Source: Malacoraja senta (taxonomy: Eukaryota). Taken from it: a DNA stretch of 64,000 bases. Positions 24,655-36,289 of the stretch are shown one piece after another. The stretch lies in NCBI GenBank assembly GCA_038087875.1, contig JAXLNO010000173.1, forward strand, positions 248,001 through 312,000, written 5' to 3'. A program made the position numbers and the translations under genes. The notes under the pieces are model-generated. The model ran no database searches. It was given only the letters and a program-made list of their open reading frames with translations, and was not told where the DNA came from. The stretch's first letter is position 1. Each line of letters starts with the position of its first letter.

Positions 24655-25105
24655 TGTCCTCAGACTCTTCCCGGCAGGCAGCGGAGAAGCCGAGGATGGA
24701 GCCTCGAGAAACAGAGCCCGCGGCCGACAGAGTTGACGGAGCCTGCGGCTGAGACCTGCGTCAGCGCATGGAGGTGTCCGGAGATTACCTGGCAGCAATA
24801 GTGGAGAGGTCGGTCGATGGTGCCGACTGAGGATCGAGGACGGATCACGTGAGAGTGAAGACACCGTTGCCGGAGGAAGGACAAAGGAGGACTCGGCGTG
24901 GGAGGACCGCCGGGAGGGATGGGGTAAAGAACAATGGAGGACCCAGCATGGGGGGACCTGGCATGGGGGAGGGGGGGGGATGGGGAGAACAACGGGGGAC
25001 CTTTGTTTTGTTTACTTTGTAGCTTTGTAAGCGCCCTTTATGTGGCGACTAGTTGCATATCTAGTTGCAAGCAAAGAATTTTACTGTGACTTGTCATTCA
25101 TTCAG
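24655..25105 (+). repeat. GC-rich non-autonomous repeat (related pieces at about 14100-14330 and 26720-26960)
   Basis: Shared gaacaa(a/t)ggaggacc motifs and a tail gcaagcaaagaattttactgtgacttgtca. Confidence 0.45.
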
Positions 25106-25429
25106 ATATGTTTCACTGGAGGTGGCAAGTGAATAGCAATTAATGAGATCAGGACAATACAATCAGTGTAACAACATGAATTACCAGTGCAGAAACCATT
25201 TAGAAACATATTTAGATTTCATGGGAACTTTGTCATCTATTTAAAGATAATTTAAAAAAATCATAGATGGCATGTCTCTGATGCATTATGATTAGTTAGT
25301 CCCAAGTTTGGACTTTAAAAATCTATATTACCATCAGCAAGAAAAGACGAAGGACACTAAAGCCAGTGGGCAAGCATTGGCAGAGTGCTAATGATCATTA
25401 ATCAGAATAAAGACATAGCAGCAATAAAA

Positions 25430-26510
25430 TGAAAAGCAGGTTGAAATGGATAGAGGTTGGCTGGATGGCAGAAGGCAAAAAGTAGCAATAAAGAGGGATT
25501 TTTCTGGTTGGCTGCGAGTGACCAGCGGAGTTCCGCAGGGGTCCTTGCTGTTGCCCCTACTCTTCGCATTGCAGATCAATGATTTGGATGAGGGGATTGA
25601 AGTATTTGTGGCCAAGTTTGCAGATTGTGTGAAGATAGGTGGAGGGGCAGGTAGTGTAGAGAAAGCATGGACCCAGTCAAAGAACTCGGGACAGGTTGGG
25701 AAAGTGGGCAGACAAATGGAAGATGGAATACAGCATAGCACAGTGTGGAATCATGCATTTTGGTAGTAGGAATAAAGGCATAGATTATTTCCTAAATGGG
25801 GAGAGTATTCAGAAATCGGTGGTGCAAAGGGAATGGTAGTGCTGGTACAGAATTCACTAAAAGTTCATTTCCAAGACGAATCGGTAGTAAGGAAGGCAAC
25901 GCATTACCAGCATTTATTATAAGGGGACTTGAATACAAAACAGGGATGTAATGCTGAGGCTCTATAAGGCGCCAGTCAGACCGCATTTGCAGTATTGTGA
26001 GCAATTTTGGGCCCCATATCTGAGGAAGGATACGCTGCTGCTGAACATGGCCCAAAGATTTACGAGAATGATCCCTGAAATGACAGGGTTAACATATGAC
26101 GAGCGTTTGACAGTACTAGACCTCTACTCACTGGAGTTTAGAACGAAGAGGGGGGACCTCATTCAAAACTACTGAACAGTGAAAGGCCTGGATCGAGTGG
26201 ATGTGGAGAGAATGTTTCTGGTCATAGCCTCCGAATTAAAGAAAGTTCCTTCAGGAAGGAGATGAGGAATTTATTTCATCAGAGTGTGGTGAATCTGTGC
26301 AATTCATTGCCACAGAAGGCTGTGGGGGCCAAATCAATGTATATTTTAAAGGGCAAGACAGGTAGATTCATGGTTAGTACATGTGTTAATGGTTATGGGG
26401 AGAAGGCAGGAGAATGAGATCATGTGGGGAAAATAGTTGAACCTTTATTGAATGGCAGTAAACTTGATGGGCCCTATGGCTTTATTCTGGTTCTATCACT
26501 CATGAATATC
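25430..26510 (+). mobile_element. Older CR1 3' fragment
   Basis: [21 protein letters not shown] and RPHLQYCEQFW. Confidence 0.9.
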
Positions 26511-27099
26511 AAAGGAAATGAGTCCCTGAGATTCAATCTTGCATTTTACCACTGTATTCACATTTATCACTCACCCGAGGTCCATTTAAATTAAAGGTTT
26601 AAATGTCTGGTAAAAAGAGCAATTGAAGATAAAACGTGGAATATTCCTCTTTGAACCCACCATCGGCTATTAAAGGAAGTCAAGAAAGCCACTCACTCTT
26701 ATCAACACGTTACACGGATGAGGACTCGCTCGCCGCTGACTGACTATGGAGGACCCTCTCGAGAGATGCAGCTCGCCCACCGCAGACTCCGAATCTGTCC
26801 CGTGCCGGAGCGAGGAAGAACTGAGAACGAGGGAATGAGGGGACCCGGCGGAGGTCCGCCTAGAACAGTAGGCAGACCAGGCATGGGGCCGTCGAGAACA
26901 AAGGAGGAATTGACGGGGAGGGAATGGGTGTTGCCGCAGTGGCAAGCAGTAGACGGCTCTTATATGTAGTGGGTCCTACAAAAGAGAGGACAAAGCTTGA
27001 CCTACTATGAGGAAATTGTGAAAGGCAAGTGACTGAAGTGTCTGTGAGCGAGACCATTGAGCACTGTTTTATTTGCTTTGAGATAGTTGCAGATAAAAC

Positions 27100-28780
27100 A
27101 TGGTGGGCCCACAAGTTTAACATTTTGAATTGGGAAAATATCAAATTTGATTGTATCAAACAGTAATTTGCTGAAGTTGACTGAAATAGGTTGTTTGTGG
27201 GCAAATGGACGTACAGAAAGTGAGATGATTTGAAAAGTGTGATGAGTTCACGGCATGCATATTCCTGCTTGAGTGAAGCGCATGTGGGGGTAAGGATGCC
27301 TGGATGATGGGAGAAATTGAGGATCTGTTCAGGAAATAAAGAGCATACTTAAGAAGGAATGTCAGGAGATCAAAATGGGGGCATGAGTTAGCTCTGGCAG
27401 AGAGTGGCAATAAAGGAGACTATTTGTGGTTGGCTTCCAGTGAACAGCAGTGTTCCGCAGGAGTCGGTGCTGAGGCGCCTACACTTCGCGGTGTATATAA
27501 ATGATTTGGATGAGCGAATTGAAGGCTTTGTGGCCAATTTCGCAGATGACACAAAGATTACAATATTACAATACAATATTACAATATTTGTTCAATGTCA
27601 TTTGAACCTCAGTGAGGCTCAAACAAAACTATGTTTCTACAGCCATACAAACAAAACAATTCCTACAAGACACACAAACAATTCAATTCAAACAAACATC
27701 CATCACAGTGAATCTCCTCCTCTCTGTGATGGAAGGCAAAGTCTTTTCTCTCCCCTGTGCACAATTTTTCTCCCGATGTGAAGCCCCAGGCGAGCGATGG
27801 TAAGTCCCACGGCCATTAAGGCCGCGCCGGGCGATGTACGGCCCCGCTCCACGTCTAAATGACACAAAGTTGGAGCCCCTGGCGGGTGTTGGAATGTCCC
27901 GCGGCCATTAAAGCCGCGCCGGGCGATGTACGGCCCCGCTCCGGGTCGTTCCAACCCCGCGACACGGGCTGGAGAAGTTGCGTTGCGGGAGCTCCGAAAA
28001 GCGGTCTCCCACCCGGACCCGCGAGCTCCCGATATCACAGTCCCGAAATCGGAGGTGCAAAGGGGCGAGGAGTGCTGTTGCAGGATTCCCAAATATTGAA
28101 TTTGCAAGTTGAATCGGTAGTAAGGAAGGCAAATGCAATCCTAGGAGATATTTCTAGAGAGCTACAATATAAAAACAGGGATGTAATGCTGAAGCTTTAT
28201 AACCCACTGGTCAAACTGCATTTGGAGTATTCTGAGCAATTTTGGGCCCCATATCTGAGGAAGGATGTGCTGGCATTGGAGAGGGACCAGAGGTGGTTTT
28301 TGACAATGATCCCAGAAATGATTGGGTTAATATATAATGAGCATTTGAAGGCACTGTGCCTGTACTCGCTCGAGTTTGGATGGATGAAGGGGCATCTCTT
28401 TGAAACTTACGGAATAGTGAAAGGCCTGGATAGAGTGAATGTGGAGGATGTTTCCACTAGGGGGAGTGTCTAGGACCAGAGGCCAAAGCCTTAGAATAAA
28501 AGGATAAACATTAAGAAAGGAGATGAGATGGAATTAATTTTGGCAGAGGCTGGTGAATCTCTAGAATTCATTGCCACAGACAGCAGTGGAGGCCAAGTTA
28601 ATGGATATGTTTAAAGTGGAGGTTGACAGATTCTTGATTAGTAAGTGTGCCAGGAGTTATGGGGCAAAGGTAGGAGAATAGCTTTGAAAGGAAAAGTTAG
28701 ATCAGTCATGATTGAATGGTGGAGTAGACCTGATGGGCTGAATGGGCTTATTCTGCTCCTGGAATTTATGAATTTATGAT
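27100..28780 (+). mobile_element. Older CR1 fragments, interrupted at 27560-28045
   Basis: SSVPQESVL, NFADDTKI and KLHLEYSEQFWAPYLRKD. Confidence 0.85.
27560..28045 (-). mobile_element. GC-rich non-autonomous retroelement (same family as 12777-13636), 5'-truncated
   Basis: Same internal repeats, same ccttccatcacag core, and a stem-loop at 27598-27626. Confidence 0.8.
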
Positions 28781-29074
28781 TTTGTACATGGGAGATCATC
28801 AATTACAAACCTGATTGAGTTTTTTTTTATAAAGTGACTAAAAAGCTTGTCCTGGGCAAATCTGTAGTTGTGGTATGTTTTTGTGCTGTATGACTCAACC
28901 AGTATCCAAAATGGTTTACATACTTTCAATCAAATGGCCACGGAAGATTCCTGACCTCTCTGTCAACTCCCTTTACCTTTCCTGGTGGCTTCCCAGCTAC
29001 TTTTTGCCGTCAGCTTCGGAAAGACCACTGCTAAATCTCCTATCTCTGATGCCCTTAACATTCCGCATTAACCC

Positions 29075-29420
29075 GAGTCCCCTAATTTGAGGAAGGACAT
29101 TCTTGCTATTGAGGGAGTGCAGCGTAGGTTTACAAGGTTAATTCCCGGGATGGTGATTGTCATATTCTGAGAGAATGGCGCGGCTGGGCTTGTACACTTT
29201 GGAGTTTAGAAGGATAAGAGGAGATCTTATTGAACCATATAAGATTATTAAGGGATTGGACATGTTAGAGGCAGGAAACATGTTCCCGATGTTGGGGGAG
29301 TCCAGAAGGCAGGAACGGGGTATTGATTGTGGATGATCAGCCATGATCACATTAAATGGCAGTGCTGGCTCGAAGGGCCGAATGGCCTACTCCTGCACCT
29401 ATTGTCTATTGTCTATTGAG
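29075..29420 (+). mobile_element. Short internally deleted CR1 3' end
   Basis: PNLRKDILAIEGVQRRFTRL and a (CTATTGT)n tail. Confidence 0.85.
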
Positions 29421-30184
29421 TGCATCCAGATCCAGTTCCTTCATGCAGCTGGACATACTTCCCACAGGTGTAGTCACCAGGCACATGCGGTCAGGGGACG
29501 TAGAGCCTCACCTATCATACTCCCAATGAAAATAGCTGTTAAGAAAAGTTAAGAAAAATAATAATAATAAATAAATATAAAGATTTTATACTGATCTGTT
29601 ATAAATGTAATTTCTATGTGAATCTAATCATTTTTTATAGTAAAAATCGCAAAATTTTCGCAGCTCCGCTGCAAGTACAGGGAGAGATGAGAGGTGAGGC
29701 AGCGATGAGCGTGTGCCAGTTACCATCTCTATGTGTGTCACCAAAGTAATGTGTTTAAATCTCTTCATTACATGTCCTTACCTTCCATAGTCCAGGTAAC
29801 GTATTTCACATATAAAGATATTAAATTTGTGCTCGCTGGTCTCATCATAAAACTGCATTGAAAAAGCTGCAGGGGAGGCAGCGATCACATCTGCCTCACA
29901 ATGGGGCGTGTCTTGAGCCCAGTGGAGGAAGAGCGCGCGTCAATTACGTAGGCTCAGCCCACGTAATAGACGCTACCTCACTCTCCCTCCACGTTAGCTA
30001 GCCTCAGCAGCGGCGGCACAGACCAAAGATCATGGAGCGGAGCAAGATACGCCACTTGGGAAGGTAGACTTTGTCGGTACATTTGAAAGTTATTAGATTA
30101 TAAAAAAAATAGATCTTTACATATCACAATAATAAAGTCATCAATTTTTGTACTTCTGTACAGCTTTGTTCAGTTCATGTAAGG

Positions 30185-30240
30185 CAGGAGTCTCCAAAAT
30201 ATGGCCCGCGGGACACATCAGGCCCACCACCTGATTTTTC
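30185..30240 (+). mobile_element. hAT/Charlie-type terminal sequence
   Basis: caggagtctccaaaatatggcccgcgggacacatcaggccc. I did not find the opposite end. Confidence 0.5.
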
Positions 30241-30424
30241 AAGCTCAGATTCGAGTCGGGGAGCGTGGCGGCCCGGGGCTGCTCTTAGTGTTGTTACCGG
30301 TTAGATCCCTCGAATTGTCAGAGCCGAGACATCACTGGGCCACCGTGAAGAAGGGTGCAATGGTGCGGTGGGGGGTTGGGCGGCGGTCAGAATGGGATGG
30401 CTGCGGGTTATAATGTGCCATCGT

Positions 30425-30587
30425 TCCTCCCTCCCTTCTCTCTCTCTCCCCATTCTCCCTCTCTTTCCTCTCTCTCCCCATTATCTCTCTCTCCCTTCTA
30501 TCTCTCTCTTCTCTCTCACCCCCCATACTCTCTCTCATTTTCTCTCTTTCTCTCCTTTGCTCTCTCCCCATTCTCTCTCTCCCTCCC

Positions 30588-30622
<35 letters not shown>

Positions 30623-30655
30623 CCTCCCTTCTCTTCTCTATCCCTCCCTCCCAGC
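30425..30655. repeat. (CT)n-rich microsatellite
   Basis: Pyrimidine tract of about 230 nt. Confidence 0.95.
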
Positions 30656-30827
30656 CACGGCTCCACCCTCTCATTCCTCGGGGAGAGGCGGTGATCAACG
30701 CAGGGAGGGCCGAGCCACTGATACTAGCCATTGCCTCCCCAGCCATTGACCTCACCGCACGTCACTGGTAGTCACCACGTTTCCCTGTACTCCCACATTC
30801 CGCTTGAGGAGCAAACTACTGCCTTAC

Positions 30828-30956
30828 CTGCCACCCCGATTGCAGATGAAAGTGAAAAACAACTTGCTTTATCTTAACTTCAGGCTCCTCGCCGAAACCG
30901 CTCGAATCCAAGCCTCTGTACTTCACCTTAATCACAACCATTTGCAAATGCATCCA
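30828..30956 (-). CDS. Candidate 129-nt phase 0-0 exon
   Basis: Acceptor ctattttacag|, donor CAG|gtaagg, open frame WMHLQMVVIKVKYRGLDSSGFGEEPEVKIKQVVFHFHLQSGWQ. Confidence 0.2.
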
Positions 30957-31364
30957 CTGTAAAATAGCCACTCTGCTTGTGCCTGCCTTCCTTTAGTACA
31001 GCACTCGCCGTTTTGACTCATGTAAAGTAAAGTCTTATCGAATCCCTGGGTCCCCACCTTTCAGCTCCAAAATCTCTGTTAACAATAACCTGCCCTTATT
31101 CATATGACAGATGACAATAAAACACCCTTGACTCATCTAACAGCTGCTTTTCAGATTTCACAGAGTTCTCATCTTGTCAGCTCTGCAATCTCTGTTGAAA
31201 CAATGGTTTAACGACATCAGGGTTTATTGACCCAATTATTTTTTTAGAATTGCGGATAAACTGATGAAAATAGGGTGGTTCTCCGAGGCAGTTGCATTGA
31301 GATCTGATAGAGGTGGTTAAAATCAAGAAAAATCAGGGCAGAGTTGATAGAAACATTTTTCATT

Positions 31365-31682
31365 GGGAGTGCATGGCGCAGCGGTAGAGATGCTGCCTTA
31401 CAGCGAATGCAGCGCAGAAGACCAGGGTTCGATCCCGACTGCGGGTGCTGTCTGTACGGAGTTTGTACATTCTCCCCGTGACCTGCGTGAGTTTTCTCCA
31501 AGATCTTCTGTTTCCTCCCACACCCCAAAGACGTACAGGTTTGTAGGTTAATTGGCTTGATGCAAATGTAAACATTATCCCTGGTGGGTGTAGGATAGTG
31601 TTAATGTGCAGGGTTCACTGGTGGGCGCGGATCCAGTGGGCTGAAGGGCGTGTTTCCGCGCTGTATCTCTAAACTAAACTAA
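31365..31682 (+). mobile_element. Full-length tRNA-derived V-SINE (HE1-like)
   Basis: A box tggcgcagcggtag, B box gggttcgatccc, V-domain, CR1-like tail and (CTAAA)n. Confidence 0.9.
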
Positions 31683-32584
31683 GAAGGGTTAATTAATATG
31701 AAAGACAAAAGTAATGAGATTTGGAAATTAGTCAGTGATTTTCTTTTGTTGAAACAACAAGTAGTTAGGGTTTAGAATGCACCATCCTGGGTTGTAATGG
31801 AGGCAGATTGAAGGATGTCAAAGGCGATGTGGGTCAGTATCTGAAAGAAAATAATCTGCAGAGCTGTGAGAGAGACAAGTAACAAATTTAGCTGGATTTA
31901 TCTTAAATAGAGCCAATATGAACTCAGTGGAAAACTTTGTCTCCTTCTGTGTTCCGTTACCGTGTTAATTTGAAAATGCACCTCACAATCCCACAAAAAT
32001 AAACTGCAATGATACATCCAATTTAGTTTTACATTTATTTTATTGTCCATCACCCCCCTGCCTTGTTTCAAAGCTGAATCGCAAGGGCCTCATTGATCAG
32101 CAGCGACTGCCTATTTGGAACACGACCTACTGAGGCATTTTATAAGGCTCCATTTGCCCTGTCACTTCCAAAGTCCAGGCACATATCGTTATTGGTCTCT
32201 CTATTCATTTGCTTAGTGTAGATATTGTTGATTGAAACAAATAATTGGAGGTAGCTTTTTAATGTGGATTAGAAGCTTACAAAGGTAACAAAGTTCGGGA
32301 ACATAGAACAATACCGCATAGAAACAGGACCTTGAACCCATAACATCTGTGTTGAACATGATACTGACCAACTTTTATCTTACTGCATACGATCAATGAG
32401 CTTATCCAAAAGACTGAAATGTCACTATCCAGCACCACTGCTAGACAATTCTTGAAACATGTCACGTTTTAGTCAAGCGAAAAAAAATTGTCCTCATTCA
32501 TTCACAATCCTTGAATCCATCCTGTACTTTAGGCATTTAAATATCAGAAAGTCTTGAAAAGAACAACATAATTTGAGATAGCAG

Positions 32585-33505
32585 TTGGAGTGGCAGCTGC
32601 GGCTCGCCTGCAGTCCGTCTGTTTTTTTCTTTTTTTTGTTGTTTAATTGTCCTGTTTTAGCTAGTTAATTTGAGTTGTTAGGTTGTGTATGTGTGGGGTG
32701 TGGGGTAACGCGTTTTAGTCTCTTCCTTCTGGGGAATGTGACTTTACTTGTCGTATCCCCCGTCTCCTTCTCCGTCTGCGCTGAGGCCCTAATGGCGGAG
32801 CTGGCGGCCTCCAACTGCGACCGACCTCGAGGCTCCGGAGGCAGAGTCAGACAGGACTTACCAGCGCGAGGCTGGCCGACTTCGGGGCTGTGACTGGTTC
32901 TGGCGTTCCGGCAGCGGCCCGACTCGGGCTGAGGTGGCGTTCCGGCAGCGGCCTGACACGGGGCTGAGATGGCGTTCCGACGGCGGCGCCCCGACTCGGG
33001 GCTTAGGTGGTGTTCCGGCGGCGGCGACCCGACTCGCGGCTGAGGTGGCGTTCCGGCGGCGGCGACCCGACTTCGGAGGTTCGGCTGCGGGCCCAGTAGA
33101 CGACAACGTCGGGAGCTCGCAGGTCACAGGTTCGTGACCTGTTTTTCCAGAGCTCCCGCGTCAACAGCTTCGTCCGCTGGACTTGAGGGCGGCAGCTTCG
33201 ACTACCCCGGGCCGCAGAGATTGAACCGGCCCGTTCGCGGAGCACGGTTGGGCCGCGGGACTTACCATCACCCGGCGGGGGTCACAATATCGGAAGCCCG
33301 GATCGCCTTCGTGCAGAGGGAGAACAAGGAGGGAAGAGACAAAGACTTAAGATTTTGCCTTCCATCACAGTGAGGAGGTCTCTGGTGAACTCACTGTGGT
33401 GGATGTTAAATTTGTGTTTATTGTGTGTTTTGTTATATTATTATATGTATGACTGGAAGGCAACGAAATTTCGTTCAGACCGAAAGGTCTGAATGACAAT
33501 AAAGT
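32585..33505 (+). mobile_element. GC-rich non-autonomous retroelement with Rex1-like tail and internal minisatellite
   Basis: 5' ctgcagtccgtctgt is shared with the 12777 copy. Tandem gaggtggcgttccgg units lie at 32895-33075 and a hairpin at 33471-33496. Confidence 0.8.
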
Positions 33506-34790
33506 TTCCATGATCCATTACAGCCAACATCAACTGTTGTGCATTACCATGAATCAATCTGCTTTTCTTTAGGTAACATTGAATGAATGAGAGGCATCTT
33601 ATTGAATTATTGTAGTAAACAATTAAAATGTAGCATCTATATTCACTTGTGGATCTTGATCAATTTTCATCCTGAAACTGTTTAATGTTTTGAACCTACT
33701 GGGGAAATGGTGCTGGAGAAAGTTATTCTCGCAGCCTTTCTTCAAACAGGTCCCAGAGGAGAAAGCAGCATGTTAGTGCGCTGAGCATCTATGTTCGCAT
33801 TTTGTTGGCAGAAAAGCTCCATAAAATATTAAACCATTGATTCATTGTAGCATTTCATCTGTCCTGTAAAATAAATGCACGGAACTACAGGTTAGCAGAA
33901 TGCCTCTGTTGTTGAATGTAAGTTTTTGCTGCATCGCACACAATATTAATGTGACCATCATCTAAACGTCCGTAGGTTTATAACCACCATACAGCGATGT
34001 TGGGAGTTTGCACACAGCATTTTGAATTAGCCTATGGTATTTTAGGTTAGGAGGCGCAAAGCAATTCAGTGTGTGAATGAAAGGGGATGAACATTTGCTT
34101 GATGAGGAGCAGCAAAGTGTTGATTGGTTCGCTGTTTGACCTGTTGTTTTCTATTTGAATTAACTGGAGAAACATAAGACTAAATCTAAGCTCCAAAGGC
34201 CCTGAAGAAATGAAGACTGCGTGAAGCATGATGAAAGTAAACATCTCATGTAACAGCTGGATCGGGGGCAAGCAGGCATGATGCAAGGAAATCAATTTGG
34301 AGATTTGCAGGAAATAAATTGCTCATTGGAGAAATGTTGCTTGTAAAATAGCTTGAAAATGCAAATACTGAACAGGATACAATGCTTGCACTGAAAATAT
34401 TAACTTTTATTTACAGAAAGTTAAAAAAATTATTGTCAAATATGATGCAAAATAAACTGCTTGGAGGACCACAGCAGGTCAAGCAGCATCTCTGGAGCCA
34501 AAGGGACAGTTGACATTTTGGGTCCACATCCCGCATCAAGACTTACAATGTCAAGGGTAGTTGATATTAATTACTGCATGTTATCTATTTATATTCGTTC
34601 CCTAAAGTTGCATGAATCGAACACTTTTTTCTGTCTGTGTGACACCATCAAATGTAAACTGAACATGTTGCTGTACTAATTCTATATAGATCGCTTGGCA
34701 ATAGTTAAATTGCATGGTGTTTTATGAAATTTGAAAGTTATCATATTTAAATATCTACTTGCTCCCTCAGCAAATCACATCAGTTAATTA

Positions 34791-35749
34791 CAGTAAACCA
34801 ACGTTATAACGGAATATGGGAGGGGGTCCGTTATTACCGATTGTCCGCTATAACCGAACAAGGGATAAATAAGCACGATACTAATGGGAAAAACAACTAA
34901 TAATCATACACTACATAATAAGCAATAAAGGAGACAAAATACACAATAACTTGCGACGGCACAGTGGCAGCAAGAGACCCGAGCTTGATCCAGGCCTCCA
35001 GTGCTCCCTGTGGCAGCGGAGCTTTCCTCGTGCGTCACGGACACATGGGGCCGCGTGGGTTTTCCATGCTCCTGTTTATTTGTTCTATCCACACTGTGAG
35101 TTGTCCGTCGTGTGTGTGGTGGAGCATGTGTGACCGGGGCACCCGGGGGGGGGGGGGGGTTGGGTGCGATCATGGGGGACGGTCGGGGTTGGACCGGTTC
35201 TCTGACTCTGCAGCGGCGGCTCTGCCGGTGGTTGGCGGAGACTAGTTGGGCCACAAACCTGCACGTCTTGGCGGGGTTGGCGGATCCATGCTGTCACAAT
35301 GTCTTTGGATTTGCAATGTGGAGCAAAGATAGAACCACTACAGCAGTTACGTAGGAGGAAAGATAGAACCACTGCGGTAGTTCTACCCTATACTTTGTGA
35401 ATTGTCCCTAGTGTGTAGGACAGAACTAACATACAGGTGATTGCTGATGGGCACGGATTCTGTGTTTCCACGCTGTATCTCTAAACTGAACTAAACTAAA
35501 CTAAGCTCAAATAGTTCAAAACTGTATTTAAATGTGTAATTTTCCAGTATTAAAAACGCTTTGTTAATACAGTAGTAAAGACAGTAGAAGATACAAAGCA
35601 ACACCAATGTACAGTACCTGTATCTCGACAACTTAACTAAACGAAGAATCGTTCCATCCCCCTAGTGGTCATTCCATGAAACAACGAACTCGGTTATTTT
35701 ACACAATTGGTCTGTTTTGATCGAAATACGTTATTGCGGGGAATTACTG
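34791..35749. mobile_element. Tc1/mariner-superfamily (Tigger/pogo-like) MITE with nested SINE pieces
   Basis: TA-flanked imperfect TIRs: CAGTAAACCAACGTTATAACG, and on the reverse strand CAGTAATTCCCCGCAATAACG. Confidence 0.6.
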
Positions 35750-36289
35750 TAGATACAAATGACCATTGCTGTATCTAGATAAAGATGACGGTCTATGGCA
35801 AGACCACACCAAAACCAAAGCCAATAACTCATTCATTTGTTTTTAGGATGTATGCTGGCCGACCCAATACATTCACACACTTTCTCTTGAAGTGTGACTG
35901 GATCCCTTTATCGGCAAATGCATAATTGCTCTCTTATCGACACTTGGTAATATCATTGTGTAAGTGTATGGAAGGGGTGTTGGAGGCTGGTTACTAGTGT
36001 CATGCCAATCTGAATATACCGTTTTGTAGCGACAGTGAAATTATATTACACCAACATAGTATGATGATTGAAAAATCTTTGTTAAGTCAAGACATTAATT
36101 CTCGTCGCTCTCTGGAGAACAGAAGAGATAAATTAGGCCAATGCATCCCGACATCACTGAGAGTGGTGCACTGTCAGAGATGTTGTAACTCATTTGTGGA
36201 GTTTTAAACACCTGCTATTATGAGGAAATGTGCAGACGAGATTAAGCATGAAATTCTCTGCAGTGGAGCATTTCAGTTATAAGATAGAA

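Noticed and set aside
30332..30771. Glu/Arg-rich and Ser/Leu-rich ORFs
   Set aside because: They are translations of the (CT)n microsatellite.
31365..31445. tRNA gene (also 49205 and 57446)
   Set aside because: The A and B boxes run straight into SINE bodies, and I see no complete cloverleaf.
32895..33075. CRISPR-like array
   Set aside because: The units are contiguous tandem repeats with no unique spacers, the context is vertebrate, and there are no cas genes.
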